NCBI GenBank assembly: GCA_019244185.1
Contig: JAFATB010000013.1
Span: 32,001 to 96,000, forward strand
Direction of reading: 5' to 3'
Origin: Acidobacteriota bacterium
Lineage (GTDB): Bacteria > Acidobacteriota > Thermoanaerobaculia > Gp7-AA8
Length of the DNA stretch: 64,000 nt
Numbering within the stretch: position 1 is the stretch's first letter; the number at the start of each line of letters is the position of its first letter. The notes under the pieces are model-generated. The model did not search any database and was not told the origin of the DNA. It worked only from the letters and a program-made list of their open reading frames with translations. Positions 62,522 through 64,000 of the stretch are shown piece after piece. Position numbers and translations under genes: made by a program.

Positions 62522-62802
62522 TGCCGCTCACGTTCGTCATCTCGGGACCGCTGCGCGAGCTCGCCGGCAACCGCGACGAAGTGCGCGTCGGCGGCAGCGC
62601 GGGCTCCGTCTCGGACGCGCTGGCGCTGCTGTGGAAGGAGTGCCCGTCGTTCCGCGACCGCGTGATCACCGAGCTCGGCGAGCTCCGCCCGCACCTCAAC
62701 ATCTTCGTCGACGGCGAGAGCATCCGCTATTCCGGCGGCTTCGCCACGCCCGTGCACGACGGCGCCGAGATCGTGATCCTCCCCGCGCTCAGCGGCGGGT
62801 GA
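62521..62802 (+). CDS. MoaD/ThiS-family ubiquitin-like sulfur carrier
   Basis: ATG overlaps the upstream TGA; LRPHLNIFVDGE; C-terminal PALSGG. Confidence 0.92.
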   Translation: MPLTFVISGPLRELAGNRDEVRVGGSAGSVSDALALLWKECPSFRDRVITELGELRPHLNIFVDGESIRYSGGFATPVHDGAEIVILPALSGG

Positions 62803-62811
62803 GGGGGCGGG

Positions 62812-62937
62812 GAAAAGATGAATGAAGAACGCAGAACCCAGAACGTAGAATGAAGAAAAGAGGCCGGCGGCGCTGAGCGTGCGCGGATCCCTTTCTACAT
62901 TCTTCGTTCTGCGTTTGGCGTTCTTCATTCAGCTTCT
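62812..62937. repeat. heptamer-based palindromic element, copy 4 (most diverged)
   Basis: gaaaagatgaatgaagaacgcagaacccagaacgtagaatgaagaaaag ... ctttctacattcttcgttctgcgtttggcgttcttcattcagcttc. Confidence 0.88.
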
Positions 62938-62999
62938 CTCTCAGACGCCCGCGCCTGCTTTGGGAACTCCTCTTGCAGTCGGCGCCCTCGTGGTGTCGG

Positions 63000-64000
63000 A
63001 TGACGATTACCTGCGCTGACTGTGGGGAGACGCAGACGATCCCGCCCGTACCTCTCGGCGGGCGTGCCGAATGTCACCGCTGCGCGCGCGTGCTGGCGCG
63101 TCCGTCGCGGCTCGGCGTCGACATTCCGCTCGCGTGCGCCGCGGCCATCTTCATCCTCATGCCGCCCGCCGTGTTCATGCCGCTGCTCGACTCCACGATC
63201 AAGCACCTCGTCTTTCAGGAGAGCCGGCTCGTGTCGAGCGTCGGCGCGATCTACACCGAAGTGTGGTTCCCGTTCGCGTTCGGCTTCCTCTTCTTCGCGT
63301 TTCTCTTCCCCGCGTTGCGCGCGCTCTTTCAACTGCTCGTCCTCGGCTCGATTCGCTGGGGCTGGCGGATCTGGCAGCGCGGCCGGCTCTTCCGCTGGAG
63401 CGAAGAGCTGCGCGTCTGGAGCATGACCGACGTCGTGATCATCGCCGGCCTCTTCGCCTACTTTCGCGCCGGCATCTCGGCGGACGTCACCGTGCGCGTC
63501 GGCGCGTGGTGCTATCTCGCCATCGGCGTGCTCGTGCTCCTCGGCGATCGCACGCTCGACCGGCGCGCGGTATGGAACGCGATCCTGCCCGATCTCACGA
63601 CCATGGCCGACCGCCACATCGCGTCCTGCGACAGCTGCGAGATGGCCGTGCTGTCGCGCCGCTCGCACGATCCGTGTCCGCGCTGCGGCTCGCGTCTCGA
63701 CCGCAACGTCGCGCCGCGTTTCGCGCCCGCGCTCGGCGCCGTCGCCGCGGTGATCCCGCTCTGCATCCCCGCGTACGCCGCGTCGGTCATGGTCAACGAC
63801 CAGCTCACCGGCGTCCTCGAGCACACCGTCATCGGCACCGTGCAGCTGCTCGCCGACCGCGGCTACCCGCAGTTCGGCGTGGTCGTGCTCGTCGCCGGCG
63901 TGGCCATTCCGTTCGTGGAGGCGGTCGGGCTGATGTGGCTCCTCGCGCGCGTGCGTTTTCCGTCGAAGCGCGGCCTCGTCGTCCGCACGCGCTTCTATCG
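63000..64000 (+). CDS. pqiA: paraquat-inducible protein A (PqiA)-family membrane protein (3' end outside window)
   Basis: Hand translation from ATG 63000: MTITCADCGE...AECHRCARVL, TM helices, WSMTDV, second Zn pair CDSCE...CPRCGSRL. Confidence 0.85.
   Translation, partial: MTITCADCGETQTIPPVPLGGRAECHRCARVLARPSRLGVDIPLACAAAIFILMPPAVFMPLLDSTIKHLVFQESRLVSSVGAIYTEVWFPFAFGFLFFAFLFPALRALFQLLVLGSIRWGWRIWQRGRLFRWSEELRVWSMTDVVIIAGLFAYFRAGISADVTVRVGAWCYLAIGVLVLLGDRTLDRRAVWNAILPDLTTMADRHIASCDSCEMAVLSRRSHDPCPRCGSRLDRNVAPRFAPALGAVAAVIPLCIPAYAASVMVNDQLTGVLEHTVIGTVQLLADRGYPQFGVVVLVAGVAIPFVEAVGLMWLLARVRFPSKRGLVVRTRFY

Overview
High-GC bacterial chromosomal window. Gene content (Ser/Thr kinase with a propeller, DUF885, DUF1684, several ECF sigmas, GT-C membrane proteins) suggests Acidobacteriota, probably Thermoanaerobaculia-like; this is an inference. 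About 52 real CDSs, mostly housekeeping or metabolic (tdk, rnr, pth, serS, fadD/fadJ-like, large NAD-GDH, peptidases). Most long opposite-strand ORFs in the track are GC shadow ORFs. No rRNA, tRNA, CRISPR array, transposase or integrase was seen. The best candidate for a new system is at 43067-45415: an ECF sigma factor, a soluble HxxxCxxC anti-sigma fused to TPR repeats, and a 65-aa secreted pre-peptide ending DDQPQLPRP. This is an RRNPP-like receptor/pre-peptide layout that would act through a sigma factor. Other highlights: (1) a four-copy family of ~105-125 bp hairpins built from 7-bp units, which supply stop codons and one start codon to neighbouring genes; (2) a tandem MNT-HEPN toxin-antitoxin duplication that copied the pth start codon, with one copy decaying; (3) a divergent class III cyclase-like protein in an operon with a nuclease-helicase; (4) a YfbK-like anti-sigma lacking the VWA core.
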